This document shows positions 1 to 9,807 of a stretch of DNA of 64,000 bases, one piece after another. Every line of letters begins with the position of its first letter. Within the stretch, counting starts at the first letter, position 1. The translations under genes were made by a program, and so were the position numbers. The stretch is from an uncultured Fibrobacteria bacterium (GTDB lineage: Bacteria; Fibrobacterota; Fibrobacteria; UBA11236), in contig OY970309.1 of assembly GCA_963716395.1 (NCBI GenBank), positions 2,784,001 to 2,848,000 on the forward strand, in the 5' to 3' direction. The notes beneath the pieces were generated by a model. That model saw only the letters and a program-made list of their open reading frames with translations. It had not been told where the DNA came from and did no database searches.

Positions 1-2
1 CG

Positions 3-554
3 GAGTGGATTCGCCGGCACCGCCACCGGTTGCAAGTGCGCCGGCCCGGGGTTTTGTTGGCGCATCGGCCTTTTTGGCTCACGGCGGTTTCCGCCTCCGC
101 GACTCCGGCGGCGGAGCGCGGTTGGGAATTGCGCCTCGGATCGCCGGCGCGGCGCATCGCCGCAACCCCCGGCCCCGACGGCGCAATGCGCTTCGGGCCT
201 TTGGATCTGCCCGCGGGCGCGGTGCCGGCCACCCTGGTCGCAGCCGGACGCACGCTGTGGCACGACACCCTCGTCGTGCGGAGTGCCGAGGCGCTGGAGC
301 AGGCGCGGATCGGCGTCGACGTGGAAGCGCTCACCCGTATCGCCTCGGTTACCCAGGGCGAGGTCGTGCGCGACTTCTCCGACTCCGGGGGCGGCGCGGA
401 ATGCATCCGGGCCTTGCCGGAATTGCCGCAGGGACAGATGCGCGCCGAAGCCCGCCGCGACATCGCGCTGCTGCCGCCCTTCTGGGCTACGCTCGGCGTC
501 GCCCTGTGCCTGAGCGGGATGTGGGCGCTGCGAAAAAAATTGCATCTCGATTAA
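3..554 (+). CDS. 3' part of a membrane-anchored hypothetical protein (5' end outside window)
   Basis: Frame is open from base 3 to TAA at 552-554; C-terminal hydrophobic segment followed by WALRKK. Confidence 0.6.
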   Translation, partial: EWIRRHRHRLQVRRPGVLLAHRPFWLTAVSASATPAAERGWELRLGSPARRIAATPGPDGAMRFGPLDLPAGAVPATLVAAGRTLWHDTLVVRSAEALEQARIGVDVEALTRIASVTQGEVVRDFSDSGGGAECIRALPELPQGQMRAEARRDIALLPPFWATLGVALCLSGMWALRKKLHLD

Positions 555-690
555 AAAAACCATCGAAAACTACTGCCCGTTTGAGCAGATCCGCGCAGGA
601 AACGGCGCGGTTACCTCGGCATTTTTCCTCCTAATTCACAAGCGGGCAACGGCTTGCCGCGTTTGCACGCGCAGCGGGAATTTCCGTTGC

Positions 691-730
691 TGTATCTTGG
701 GTGATTATGGTAGATTTTGGGTAATTCTGG
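691..730 (+). promoter_or_regulatory. Putative MraZ-binding (dcw box) direct repeats
   Basis: Four 10-bp-periodic units ending in TGG (tgtatcttgg gtgattatgg tagattttgg gtaattctgg) just upstream of mraZ; MraZ is known to bind tandem TGG(G) repeats with about 10-bp spacing. Confidence 0.7.
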
Positions 731-753
731 ATCAGAAAGGAATTGGGTCTTCG

Positions 754-1194
754 ATGCGCCTCGAATCTTTCATCGGCAAAGCCACTCTGGCGTTGGATTC
801 CGCCGGGCGCACGAATCTTCCCAAAGAGTTCCGCAAGGTGCTGGCCGAAAGCAACAAGGGGCAGATCGTGGTCACCATCGCCAATGCGAAAACGCTGGCG
901 CTTTTTCCTCTGGCCGAATGGGGGCGCTATGTGCAGTCACTGGCCGAGTTGGGCCGCGGTCCGTCGGTCGACAAATTTCGCACGCGGCTCACGGCCATGG
1001 CCAAGCTCTCGGTGTTGGATGCGCAGTACCGGTTCCTGTTGACCCCGGAACAACTGCGTTACGCCGGCCTCCAGGACGAAGTGACCTTCGTGGGCGACGG
1101 TCCGCGCATCCGGCTGTGGTCGCCGCAGCGCTACGCCGAAGAGATCGAGTCGCTGACCGCGGACGAAGAACAACAATTCGAAAACTGGTTTTGA
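754..1194 (+). CDS. mraZ: Division/cell wall cluster transcriptional repressor MraZ
   Basis: FIG..LDSAGRxxLP and second LDAQYR repeat, VGDGxRIRLW; first gene of the dcw cluster; AGAAAGGA upstream. Confidence 0.93.
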   Translation: MRLESFIGKATLALDSAGRTNLPKEFRKVLAESNKGQIVVTIANAKTLALFPLAEWGRYVQSLAELGRGPSVDKFRTRLTAMAKLSVLDAQYRFLLTPEQLRYAGLQDEVTFVGDGPRIRLWSPQRYAEEIESLTADEEQQFENWF

Positions 1195-1208
1195 CGTGGA
1201 ACGGCGCC

Positions 1209-2129
1209 ATGCCTCCCTATCATCGCAGCGTGTTGGAGCAGGAAGCCGTGGACTGGCTGGTGCAAAACCGTGAGGCCGCCTATCTCGACGCCACCTTGGG
1301 CGGCGGCGGCCATGCCGCGGCGATTCTGGCGCGGCTGGAATCGGGCGGAAGCTTGATCGGCCTCGACCGCGACCCCGAGGCCATCGCGCACGGCGCCGCC
1401 TTATTGGGTGCGGACCTCCGCGTGCATCTTCATTGCGCCCCGTTTTCCCGGCTGGGCGAATTCTGTGGTCCGGCTTCGTTGGCCGGCGCGCTGTTCGATC
1501 TCGGCGTGAGTTCGCATCAGCTCGACGATCGCGCGCGCGGTTTTTCTTTCGCGCCGGGAACGCCGCTCGACATGCGCATGGGCCCCGACGCCGAGCAAAC
1601 CGCGCTGGAGTGGTTGCGCCGGGCCGACGAAGCGGAGTTGGCCGACGCCTTCCGCCGCTACGCCGATCTCGAACGGCCGCGCGCCCTGGCCCGCCGCGTG
1701 CGCGCCCTTTTGCAAAATGAGGCGCAGCCCACCAGCGATGTGCTGCGCCGCGCGGTGCGGGAGGTTTACGGCGGACGCGACGCCGAGGCGCGCACCCTGG
1801 CGCGCGTCTTTCAGGCCGTGCGCATGCAGGTAAACCGCGAGCCCGCCGAAATCCGCGCCGGCCTGTCGGCCGCGGTGACGGCGTTATCCGGCGGGGGCCG
1901 CCTGTGCGTGTTGAGTTACCACTCCGCCGAAGACCGCGCCGTCAAAGAAACCCTGCGCGCCTTTGAAAAGGATTGCGTGTGCCCGCCGCAATTTCCCGTC
2001 TGCCGCTGCGGCGGCGGACACCGGCGTCTACGCCGGCTCGTACGGCGCCCCCTGGAGCCGGATCCCCAGGAAGTGGCGGAAAATCCCCGCGCCCGCAGCG
2101 CCAAGCTGCGGGTGATGGAAAGGGTGTAA
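1209..2129 (+). CDS. rsmH: 16S rRNA m4C1402 methyltransferase RsmH
   Basis: HxSVL, DATLGGGGHA, DLGVSSHQLD, RGFSF, LDMRM, SYHSxEDR, NPRARSAKLR. Confidence 0.97.
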   Translation: MPPYHRSVLEQEAVDWLVQNREAAYLDATLGGGGHAAAILARLESGGSLIGLDRDPEAIAHGAALLGADLRVHLHCAPFSRLGEFCGPASLAGALFDLGVSSHQLDDRARGFSFAPGTPLDMRMGPDAEQTALEWLRRADEAELADAFRRYADLERPRALARRVRALLQNEAQPTSDVLRRAVREVYGGRDAEARTLARVFQAVRMQVNREPAEIRAGLSAAVTALSGGGRLCVLSYHSAEDRAVKETLRAFEKDCVCPPQFPVCRCGGGHRRLRRLVRRPLEPDPQEVAENPRARSAKLRVMERV

Positions 2130-2131
2130 CC

Positions 2132-2512
2132 ATGCCCAGCGTCAAACTGCGCACCGTGATCGGATGGATGCTGCTGGTGATGACGGTATCGGCCTTTTTG
2201 CTCGGCGTGGTGTGGAAGCAATACACCTTTGTGGCCGAGTCGCGCGCGCTGCTGCGCGGAGAACAGGATCGCGAGCGGTTGCAGAACGCGGTGATGCTGC
2301 TGGAAACTCAGGTGCGCGCCCTGCGCCGGCCCGAACGGCTGGAGAAGTTGGCGCGCACGCGCTTCGGGCTCATCGATCCCGGACCTCCGGTGGCGGTGCA
2401 GCCTGAAGGCCAGGTGCTGGCGGACGGCGCGGGGCCGCAGGTGGCGGCGAATAAAAATTTGCAGGCCGCGCGCGGGCCGGAGGTGTTCGGGTGGCGACTC
2501 GGCGGTTGGTAG
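2132..2512 (+). CDS. ftsL: Cell division protein FtsL-like
   Basis: One TM helix, coiled coil, RPERLEKLAR motif; lies between rsmH and ftsI. Confidence 0.75.
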   Translation: MPSVKLRTVIGWMLLVMTVSAFLLGVVWKQYTFVAESRALLRGEQDRERLQNAVMLLETQVRALRRPERLEKLARTRFGLIDPGPPVAVQPEGQVLADGAGPQVAANKNLQAARGPEVFGWRLGGW

Positions 2513-4308
2513 TGCTGGGCGGAGCCCTGGGCTTGGCCTGGGCCACGCTGGCCGCGCGCGTATTCCAAATTCAGGTTTTGCGTGGCGGCTATTATCGGGC
2601 TTTGGCCGCCCACCAAAGCCTGCGGCGCAATGTGTTGTCTCCGCAGCGCGGCGAAATCGAGGATCGCGACGGGGTGCAGTTGGCTGTGAACGTTGAAGGC
2701 AACGGCCGCGTGGCGCAAAGCTTCCGCGGCGCGCGTCTGTACCCCAACGGTCCGTTGGCCGGACAGATCCTGGGCGTGGTGGGGCGCGACGGCTACGGCG
2801 AATCCGGGCTCGAGTTCCGTCTCGATCGGGATTTGCGCGGCACCGACGGCTGGCGGCTGGCCCGCTACGACGCCCGCAACCGCTATGCGCCCGGAACCGA
2901 AGATCGCGGCCGCGATCCGGTCAACGGATTGACCGTGCAGTTGGCACTGGACGCCAAGGTGCAGTCCATCACCGAATTGGCTTTGGCGCGGGGCGTGGTG
3001 CGGTCCGGCGCCAAAGACGGCGTAGCCATCGTGGTCGATCCCGCCAGCGGCGACGTCCTGGCCATGGCGAATTATCCCTTCTTCGATCCCAACACCAATG
3101 CGCGCGGCGGCGATGAGAACTGGAAGGACCGCGCCGTGGTCAAGGTGTACGAGCCCGGTTCGACGTTCAAAATCGTAACCGCCGGCGCCTTGCTGCAGGA
3201 GCATGCCATGGCGCCCGACGACACCGTCGACGCCGAAGGCGGCAGCTATAAAATCGCGGGCGAAATCATCCGCGACACCCATCCCATGTACCGCCTCACC
3301 TTCACCCAGGCGCTGGCGTATTCTTCCAACATCTCTTTCGCCAAAATGTCGATGCGCCTCAAACCCATCGTCTTCTACAAGTACATCCGCTCTTTCGGAT
3401 TCGGCATGAAAACCGGCATCGATTTGCCCGGGGAAGAAAGCGGGTGGCTGGAACCGGTGGAGCATTGGAGCGCGCGTTCGCAACCCACCTTGGCGTTCGG
3501 CCATGAGATCGCCGTCACACCTTTGCAAATGGTGATGGCCGCCGCGGCTGTGGCCAACGACGGTGTGCTCATGCGCCCGCGTCTGGTGCGCGCCTGGCGG
3601 GATTTGTCGGGGGCGGTGGTGCGCACCGAGCCGGCGCGCCCGGTACGCCGTGTTCTCTCCGACTCCACCGCCGCCGTGCTGCGCGCCATGCTGCGGGCCG
3701 TGGTCGATTACGGCACGGCCAAGGACATCCGGCATTCCTACATCCCCATTGCGGGCAAAACCGGCACCGCGGAAATATTCGACTCGGCCGAGGGCCGGTA
3801 CGCCGAGGGGCGGTTCAATTCGTCGTTCGTGGGCATGGCCCCGGTGGATCATCCGGCCTTTGTCGCCCTGGTGCTGCTCGACGAACCCCAGCAATTCAAA
3901 TACGGCGGACAATCGGGGGCCCCCATCTTCCGCGAAATCCTGGATCGCCTGGCCGTGGAATGGGACTGGATGCCGCAGCATCCCGACCATTGGGCGGCGC
4001 GGCGCGACAGCGCCACCAACGCGTTGTCCGCAGGGGAGGTTCCCCTGCAGCGGGCCGCCGTTTCCCTTCCGGCGTTGGACGTGGACGCCGACGTCGTGGA
4101 TTCGGCGGCCGCCGCGGACACGGCGTCGGATCGCACCATGCCCGACCTGCGCAATTATTCCCTGCGCGACGTGCTTCGGCGCATGCGCGCGGCGGGTATT
4201 GAGGTGGAATACGACGGCGAGGGTCGGGTGGTGGGTCAAGAACCGGCGCCCGGTACGCCCCTGCACCGCGGCATGCATTGCCGCGTCACTTTGGGATGGA
4301 TGGGATGA
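2491..4308 (+). CDS. ftsI: Class B PBP FtsI/PBP3 with C-terminal PASTA domain
   Basis: RGEIxDRDG, RLYPxG, GxSGLE, EPGSTFK (SxxK), SSN, KTGT; PASTA-like MPDLRNYSL..GEGRVVGQEPAPG. Confidence 0.93.
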   Translation: MATRRLVVLGGALGLAWATLAARVFQIQVLRGGYYRALAAHQSLRRNVLSPQRGEIEDRDGVQLAVNVEGNGRVAQSFRGARLYPNGPLAGQILGVVGRDGYGESGLEFRLDRDLRGTDGWRLARYDARNRYAPGTEDRGRDPVNGLTVQLALDAKVQSITELALARGVVRSGAKDGVAIVVDPASGDVLAMANYPFFDPNTNARGGDENWKDRAVVKVYEPGSTFKIVTAGALLQEHAMAPDDTVDAEGGSYKIAGEIIRDTHPMYRLTFTQALAYSSNISFAKMSMRLKPIVFYKYIRSFGFGMKTGIDLPGEESGWLEPVEHWSARSQPTLAFGHEIAVTPLQMVMAAAAVANDGVLMRPRLVRAWRDLSGAVVRTEPARPVRRVLSDSTAAVLRAMLRAVVDYGTAKDIRHSYIPIAGKTGTAEIFDSAEGRYAEGRFNSSFVGMAPVDHPAFVALVLLDEPQQFKYGGQSGAPIFREILDRLAVEWDWMPQHPDHWAARRDSATNALSAGEVPLQRAAVSLPALDVDADVVDSAAAADTASDRTMPDLRNYSLRDVLRRMRAAGIEVEYDGEGRVVGQEPAPGTPLHRGMHCRVTLGWMG

Positions 4309-5807
4309 CGCGCCCCCTGGACGAATTTTTGCGTAGCGCCGGCTTGACGGTACCGGACGCGTTACCGCCGGTGGAAATCGGCGGGTTGCAGCTGGATTCG
4401 CGCAAAGTACGCCCCGGGGATTTGTTTCTGGCCTTGCCCGGGCATCGGCAGGATGGCGCCGCGTTCGCCGCCGAAGCTGTGGCCCGGGGCGCCGTGGCGG
4501 TGGCCTGCGACGCCGACGCGCCGGAATCGCCGCGGATGGAAGGCGGCGCCTGGCGGATTTTTGTGCCCGGGCTGCGCCGTGCCGTAGGCCTGTGCTTCGA
4601 CGCGTGGTACGGATTTCCCTCGCGGCGACTGAGCGCCTACGGCGTCACCGGCACCAACGGCAAATCCACCACGGTGTTGCTGATGACCGCGCTCCTGCGC
4701 GCGGCGGGTCGCAAGGTGGTGTCGCTGGGCACCATTCGCTACGACCTCGAGGGCGAAATCCTGAGTTCGGATTTGACCACGCCCGGCCCCGACGTGTTTT
4801 TCGAATTGCTGGCGCGCGCGGCGGACCAAGGTTGCGATTCCCTGGCCATGGAGGTTTCGTCCCATGCCCTGAGTCAGGATCGCGTGCGGGGCGTGCGCTT
4901 TCGCCGGGCGGTGTTCACCAATCTGACCCAGGACCACTTCGACTTCCACGGCGGTTTCGAGGATTATTTCGCGGCCAAGAAAAAGCTGTTCACCGCATAC
5001 CTGGCCGGCGACGGGGTCGGTATCGTCAACCTCGACTCGCCCTACGGAGCTCGCCTGTTGGAAGAATGGGGCGGACCGCGCCTCACCTTTTCGCGCGCCG
5101 AAACTGCGGAGGGACGTCGCGCCGACGTGACGCTGCGCCGGGCCGAACTCACCTTGGCCGGATCGCGCCTGGTGCTGTCGCACCGCGGCCGCGACCTGGA
5201 AATCCGTTCGCGCCTGGTGGGATCGCTCAACGTGGAAAACCTGTTGGCCGCCGCCGCCTTCGGTTTGTCGCTCGGCCTCTCCGACGCCACGCTCGCGGCC
5301 GGTATGGCCGAGGTTACGGTTCCCGGCCGCAACCAGGTGATTCCGCTGCCCGGCGGCGCGTTTGCCGTGGTCGATTACGCCCACAGCCCCGATGCGTTGG
5401 AGCGGGTGCTGCACAGCCTGCGTCCGCTTACACCGGGCCGCCTGGTGTGCGCCTTCGGCTGCGGCGGCGATCGCGATCGCGGCAAGCGCCCGCTCATGGG
5501 CGCCATCGCCGAGCGCCTGGCCGATGGCGTGGTGCTGACCAGCGACAATCCGCGCAGCGAAGACCCTGAAGCCATTCTGCGCGAGATTCGCGCCGGCTTG
5601 CGCCGGCCCGACGAGGCCCGCGTGATTGCGGACCGCCGCACGGCCATCCGGACGGCCCTGGCGGAACTCCGGGCCGGCGATTGCCTGCTGGTGGCGGGCA
5701 AAGGGCATGAGGACTATCAAATCGTGGGCGCGGAACGGCGCCACTTCAGCGATCCCGAAGAAATCGCCGCGTGGGCCGGCGGCCGCGCAGGTTCGGCATG
5801 GAACTGA
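4305..5807 (+). CDS. murE: UDP-MurNAc-tripeptide synthetase MurE (mDAP-type DNPR motif)
   Basis: GVTGTNGKST, MEVSSH, TNLTQDH, DYAHSPD, GCGGDRDRGKRP, SDNPRSE, AGKGHE. Confidence 0.97.
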   Translation: MTRPLDEFLRSAGLTVPDALPPVEIGGLQLDSRKVRPGDLFLALPGHRQDGAAFAAEAVARGAVAVACDADAPESPRMEGGAWRIFVPGLRRAVGLCFDAWYGFPSRRLSAYGVTGTNGKSTTVLLMTALLRAAGRKVVSLGTIRYDLEGEILSSDLTTPGPDVFFELLARAADQGCDSLAMEVSSHALSQDRVRGVRFRRAVFTNLTQDHFDFHGGFEDYFAAKKKLFTAYLAGDGVGIVNLDSPYGARLLEEWGGPRLTFSRAETAEGRRADVTLRRAELTLAGSRLVLSHRGRDLEIRSRLVGSLNVENLLAAAAFGLSLGLSDATLAAGMAEVTVPGRNQVIPLPGGAFAVVDYAHSPDALERVLHSLRPLTPGRLVCAFGCGGDRDRGKRPLMGAIAERLADGVVLTSDNPRSEDPEAILREIRAGLRRPDEARVIADRRTAIRTALAELRAGDCLLVAGKGHEDYQIVGAERRHFSDPEEIAAWAGGRAGSAWN

Positions 5808-7197
5808 ACCTGGCGGAAATGGCGGCTTTGCTCCGCAGCGCGCCCGTGGGCCCCAAGCCCGCCGGCCGCCGCGTGGAGATTTGCACCGACTCGCGCGCGT
5901 TGCGGGCGGGTCAGGTGTTTTGGGCGTTACGGGGTCCGAATTTCGACGGGCATGCGTATGTGGAAGAGTGCTTTCAAAAAGGAGGGCTGGCGGCCGTGGT
6001 GGAACGCGAATGGTACGAACAGAATGGCAAGCCGGTGCGGGTCTATGTGCCCGTGGGCGACACGGGACAGGCGTTGCTGGCGCTGGCGCAGGCCTATGCC
6101 GCGCGCTTCCGCATCCCCAAAATCGCGGTGACGGGCAGCAACGGCAAGACCACCACCAAGGACATGATCGCCTCGGTGCTGCGCCGTGCGGGCAAGACGC
6201 TCGCCACCGAAGGCAATTTCAACAATCATATCGGCGTGCCGTTGACGTTGTTTCAGTTGCGGCGTGCCCATCGCTTTGCCGTGCTGGAAATGGGCACCAA
6301 CCATCCGGGCGAGATCCGCGTGCTCAGCGAAACCGCGCGCCCCAACCTGGCGGTGGTCACCAATATCGGCTGGTCGCATCTGGAACATTTCGGCAGCAAA
6401 GAAGCCATCCGCGACGAAAAGCTTTCCATCATTTCCGGATTCCCCAAAGCCGGCACCCTGTTCCTCAACGTCGACGATCCGCTGTTGTGCGACGCGCGCC
6501 CCGGACCGCGCTGCCGCGTGGTGACCTTCGGCATCCATCGCGGCCAGGTGCGGCCCGACGACGTGTCGCTGGGGGCCGACGGCTGCGCCTCTTTCGCCTC
6601 GGCCGCACCCGTTTTCAACTCACCGTGCCCGGCCTGCACAATGTGTACAACGCCCTGGCCGCCGTGGCCGTGGCCCTGCATCTGCGCGTGCCCAAGGGCG
6701 AGGCGGCGGCGGCCCTGGCCGCTTTTTCGCCGCCGGAATTCCGCATGCAGCTCAGGCGGCTGGGAACCATTTTGGTGCTCGACGATTGCTATAACGCCAA
6801 CCCGTCTTCGCTGCGCGCCGCGCTGGCCACCTTGGCCGCCTATCAAACCCGGGGCCGGCGCATCGCGGTGCTGGGCGACATGCTGGAACTCGGGCCCGAA
6901 TCCGAAAAACTGCATGTGGAAATCGGGCATTACCTGGTCGAGATGGGCGTCGACGCCCTATACACCTTCGGCGCGCTCAGCCGGCATATCAACCAGGGGG
7001 CGCGCGACAAAGGCTTTGCGCGCCAACAGGCGCATCACTTTTCCGATTTCGAATTGATGGCGTCGGAGTTGGCCGAGGCCTTGCGGCCCGGCGACGTGGT
7101 GTTGGTCAAGGCTTCGCGCGGCATGCGGCTGGAGCGGGTGTATGAATCGCTGCGCGCCCGTGCCAAGTCCGGCGTGGTGCCGCATTGGGCGAACTGA
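5798..7197 (+). CDS. murF: MurF, interrupted by a -1 frameshift near 6592-6595 (likely sequencing error)
   Basis: N-half in the frame of ORF 5771 (VTGSNGKTTTK, NFNNHIGVP, EMGTNHPGEI); C-half in the frame of ORF 5626 (GLHNVYNALAA, DDCYNANP, LGDMLELG, VKASRG). Confidence 0.9.
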
Positions 7198-7213
7198 AGG
7201 AAGTGGAGGCGGC

Positions 7214-8431
7214 ATGGCCCGCAAAGGTTTGAAATTCGATCCCTGGCTCTGCGGCAGCGTACTGTGCCTGACCGGCCTGGGCGTGGTCCTGGTCGCCAGT
7301 TCGTCCGCCGACTTCGCCGCCAGCCGGCATTTGCCGGGATCGTATTACCTCGTGCAGCATGTGAAAAAAGTGCTGATCGGATTTCTGGCTTTTCTCGTGG
7401 GCATGATTCTGCCGTACAAAACCTGGGAGCGCCTTGCGCGTCCCATGCTGATCGCCACCATCGCCCTGCTGGCCCTGCTGATGGGCACGGGCATGGGGGA
7501 TCGCGTGCATGGCGCGCGCCGCTGGATTCAGTTCGCCAGCTTCGGCTTGCAGCCTTCGGAGTTGGCCAAGCTGGCGCTCATCTTTTATCTCGCGCGGCGT
7601 CTGGCCGAAAAGGCCGGCGATTTGCAATCGTTCCGCCGTGGTCTCTTGGCCGCGTTACCCGTGCCGCTGATCGTATTCGCCCTCATTCTGAAGCAGCCCA
7701 ATTACAGCACGGCCGCAACCGTGGCCTGCATCACCGTCGCCTTGGTGTTTCTGGCCGGATGCCGCGTCTGGCATTTGCTGGCCCTCGGGGCCGTGGCTTT
7801 GCCGGCCCTGGGCGCGCTCATGGTGTCGAGCGCGTACCGCATGCGCCGCGTACTCGCCTTCGTGAGCCCGGGAGCCAATCCGGCCGTGGCCTATCAAAGC
7901 CAGCAGGCCTTGATCAGTCTGGGTCATGGCGGCATCTTCGGAACCGGCCTGGGCAGCGGAACCGAAAAGCTCGGCTATCTGCCCATGCCTTTCACCGACA
8001 CCGTGTTCTCGATTCTCGGCGAAGAGCTGGGGTTCATCGGTACCCTCGCCGTGTTGCTGTTGTTCGGCCTGGTGGTGTGGCGCGGCTTGCGTATCGCGCG
8101 GCGCTGCCCGGATCGCTTCGGCGCCCTGGTGGCCACCGGGCTGTCGGTGTCGGTTGCCGTCAACGTCATCATGCACGTGGGCGTCTGCGTCAAGCTTTTT
8201 CCCGTCACGGGCCAGACTTTGCCCTTCATTTCCTACGGCGGCACGTCGCTGTTGGCCAATCTCTTCGGCATGGGCGTGCTGCTCAACATCAGCGGTGAGG
8301 TCGCCGAGGCCTCGGCGCGCGAATCGGCCTTGGGCGCGCCGGCGCGCAAAGCGGCGGCCGCCGCCCTGCTCAAAGGGCTGCCCGGCCGCGCGGTGCGGCC
8401 GCGGCCCTCCTTCCGCGAGGCCCGGACATGA
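7214..8431 (+). CDS. ftsW: SEDS glycosyltransferase FtsW
   Basis: GARRWI, LQPSELAK, QPNYST, YQSQQ, LPMPFTD, EELGF, LPFISYGGTS; polytopic. Confidence 0.95.
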   Translation: MARKGLKFDPWLCGSVLCLTGLGVVLVASSSADFAASRHLPGSYYLVQHVKKVLIGFLAFLVGMILPYKTWERLARPMLIATIALLALLMGTGMGDRVHGARRWIQFASFGLQPSELAKLALIFYLARRLAEKAGDLQSFRRGLLAALPVPLIVFALILKQPNYSTAATVACITVALVFLAGCRVWHLLALGAVALPALGALMVSSAYRMRRVLAFVSPGANPAVAYQSQQALISLGHGGIFGTGLGSGTEKLGYLPMPFTDTVFSILGEELGFIGTLAVLLLFGLVVWRGLRIARRCPDRFGALVATGLSVSVAVNVIMHVGVCVKLFPVTGQTLPFISYGGTSLLANLFGMGVLLNISGEVAEASARESALGAPARKAAAAALLKGLPGRAVRPRPSFREART

Positions 8432-9807
8432 AACCCTCGGCCCGGTTGCGCCGCTTGCATTTTGTGGGCATCGGGGGCGCGGGCATGAGCGCCCTGGCCG
8501 AGACGTTGTTGGGATTCGGATTTGTGATCCGCGGATCGGATCGCTCCGACAGCGCGGCGGCGCGGCGGCTGCGCAGCCTGGGCGTGACCGTGTTCACGGG
8601 CCACGATGCCGCGCAGCTCGATCCGGGGTGCGATGCGGCCGTGTATTCCGCCGCCGTCGATCCCGAAAACCCCGAATTGCAGGCGGCCCGGGCGCGGGGT
8701 GTTCCGGTGGTGCGCCGCGCCGATTTGCTGGGCCTGGTGATGGCGCGCGGCCATGGACTGGCGGTGGCCGGCACGCACGGAAAAACCACCACCACCGGCA
8801 TGCTGATCCACATTCTCTGCGCGGCCGGCAACGATCCCACCTGGGTGGCCGGCGGCACCTGGCAAGGAGGCGCTTCCGGTCACGCGGGGCGGGGCGAATG
8901 CGTGATTGCCGAAGCCGACGAATACGATCGCGCCTTTTTGTCGCTGCGGCCGGCGTCGGCCATCGTGACCAATATCGACGCCGATCACCTTGATGTCTAC
9001 GGCAGCCTCGCCGCCGTGGGCGACGCCTTTGCGGTTTTTTTGCGGACGCTTCCCTTCTTCGGCACGGCGGTGGTGAACGCCGAAGACCCCGGCGTGCAGA
9101 GCATCCAATCACACCTGACGGGTCGCATCCGCACTTTCGGTTTCGATCAGGGAGATTATCAGGCCCGCCGCTTGGAAACTTCGGCCGCGGGCACGCGCTT
9201 CACCCTGTACCAATCCGAGCGCGAACTCGGCGCGGTGCGGTTGCGGGTGGTCGGCCGGCATAATGCGGCCAACGCCCTGGCCGCCGCGGCGCTGGCGCTG
9301 GAAGAAGGCTGTGGCTTCGACGCCGTGGCCGCGGGATTGGAAAGTTTTCCCGGTATGCTCCGGCGTCTCGAACGCATCGGCGCGCGGCGGAACATCGCGG
9401 TCTTCGACGATTACGCCCATCATCCCGCCGAGATCCTGGCGGCGCTGCAGGCGGCACGCCTGTTCACCACCGGGCGTTTGTGCGTTCTGTTCCAGCCGCA
9501 TTTGTATTCACGCACGCGCCAACTGTTGCCCGAATTCGCGCGCGCCCTCCAACTCAGCGATTGCCTGTTCGTGCTGCCGGTGTACGCTGCGCGCGAATCC
9601 GCCTCAGAGGGAATGCCCGGTGTCGACGGCGACGCCCTGGTTGCCGAAGCGAAACGCCTGGGCCACGTCGCCGCCATGTTTCTCCCGGATCGCGAAACCG
9701 CCGCCCGTACCGTAGCCCAACGCTTGCGGCCCGACGACGTGTGTGTGACCATGGGCGCGGGCGATGTGGGCGAACTGGCGCCCGCCATACTGGAGGCCTT
9801 GGCATGA
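8428..9807 (+). CDS. murC: UDP-N-acetylmuramate--L-alanine ligase MurC
   Basis: HFVGIGGAGMS, AGTHGKTTTT, EADEYD, DDYAHHP, FQPHLYSRT, MGAGD. Confidence 0.97.
   Translation: MKPSARLRRLHFVGIGGAGMSALAETLLGFGFVIRGSDRSDSAAARRLRSLGVTVFTGHDAAQLDPGCDAAVYSAAVDPENPELQAARARGVPVVRRADLLGLVMARGHGLAVAGTHGKTTTTGMLIHILCAAGNDPTWVAGGTWQGGASGHAGRGECVIAEADEYDRAFLSLRPASAIVTNIDADHLDVYGSLAAVGDAFAVFLRTLPFFGTAVVNAEDPGVQSIQSHLTGRIRTFGFDQGDYQARRLETSAAGTRFTLYQSERELGAVRLRVVGRHNAANALAAAALALEEGCGFDAVAAGLESFPGMLRRLERIGARRNIAVFDDYAHHPAEILAALQAARLFTTGRLCVLFQPHLYSRTRQLLPEFARALQLSDCLFVLPVYAARESASEGMPGVDGDALVAEAKRLGHVAAMFLPDRETAARTVAQRLRPDDVCVTMGAGDVGELAPAILEALA

Noticed and set aside
691-730. Short periodic repeats as a CRISPR or VNTR
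   Set aside because: 10-bp degenerate units with no spacers or cas genes; fits an MraZ operator
717-1208. Long N-terminal extensions in the ORF track (rsmH, ftsQ, gluQ, fbaA, patatin, propeller)
   Set aside because: They overlap neighbouring real genes; downstream starts with RBS or stop-start coupling fit family lengths
2308-4278. 656-aa antisense ORF over ftsI, and similar shadows over murE, ftsA, ftsZ and uvrB
   Set aside because: Overlap well-supported genes on the other strand; no recognisable domains
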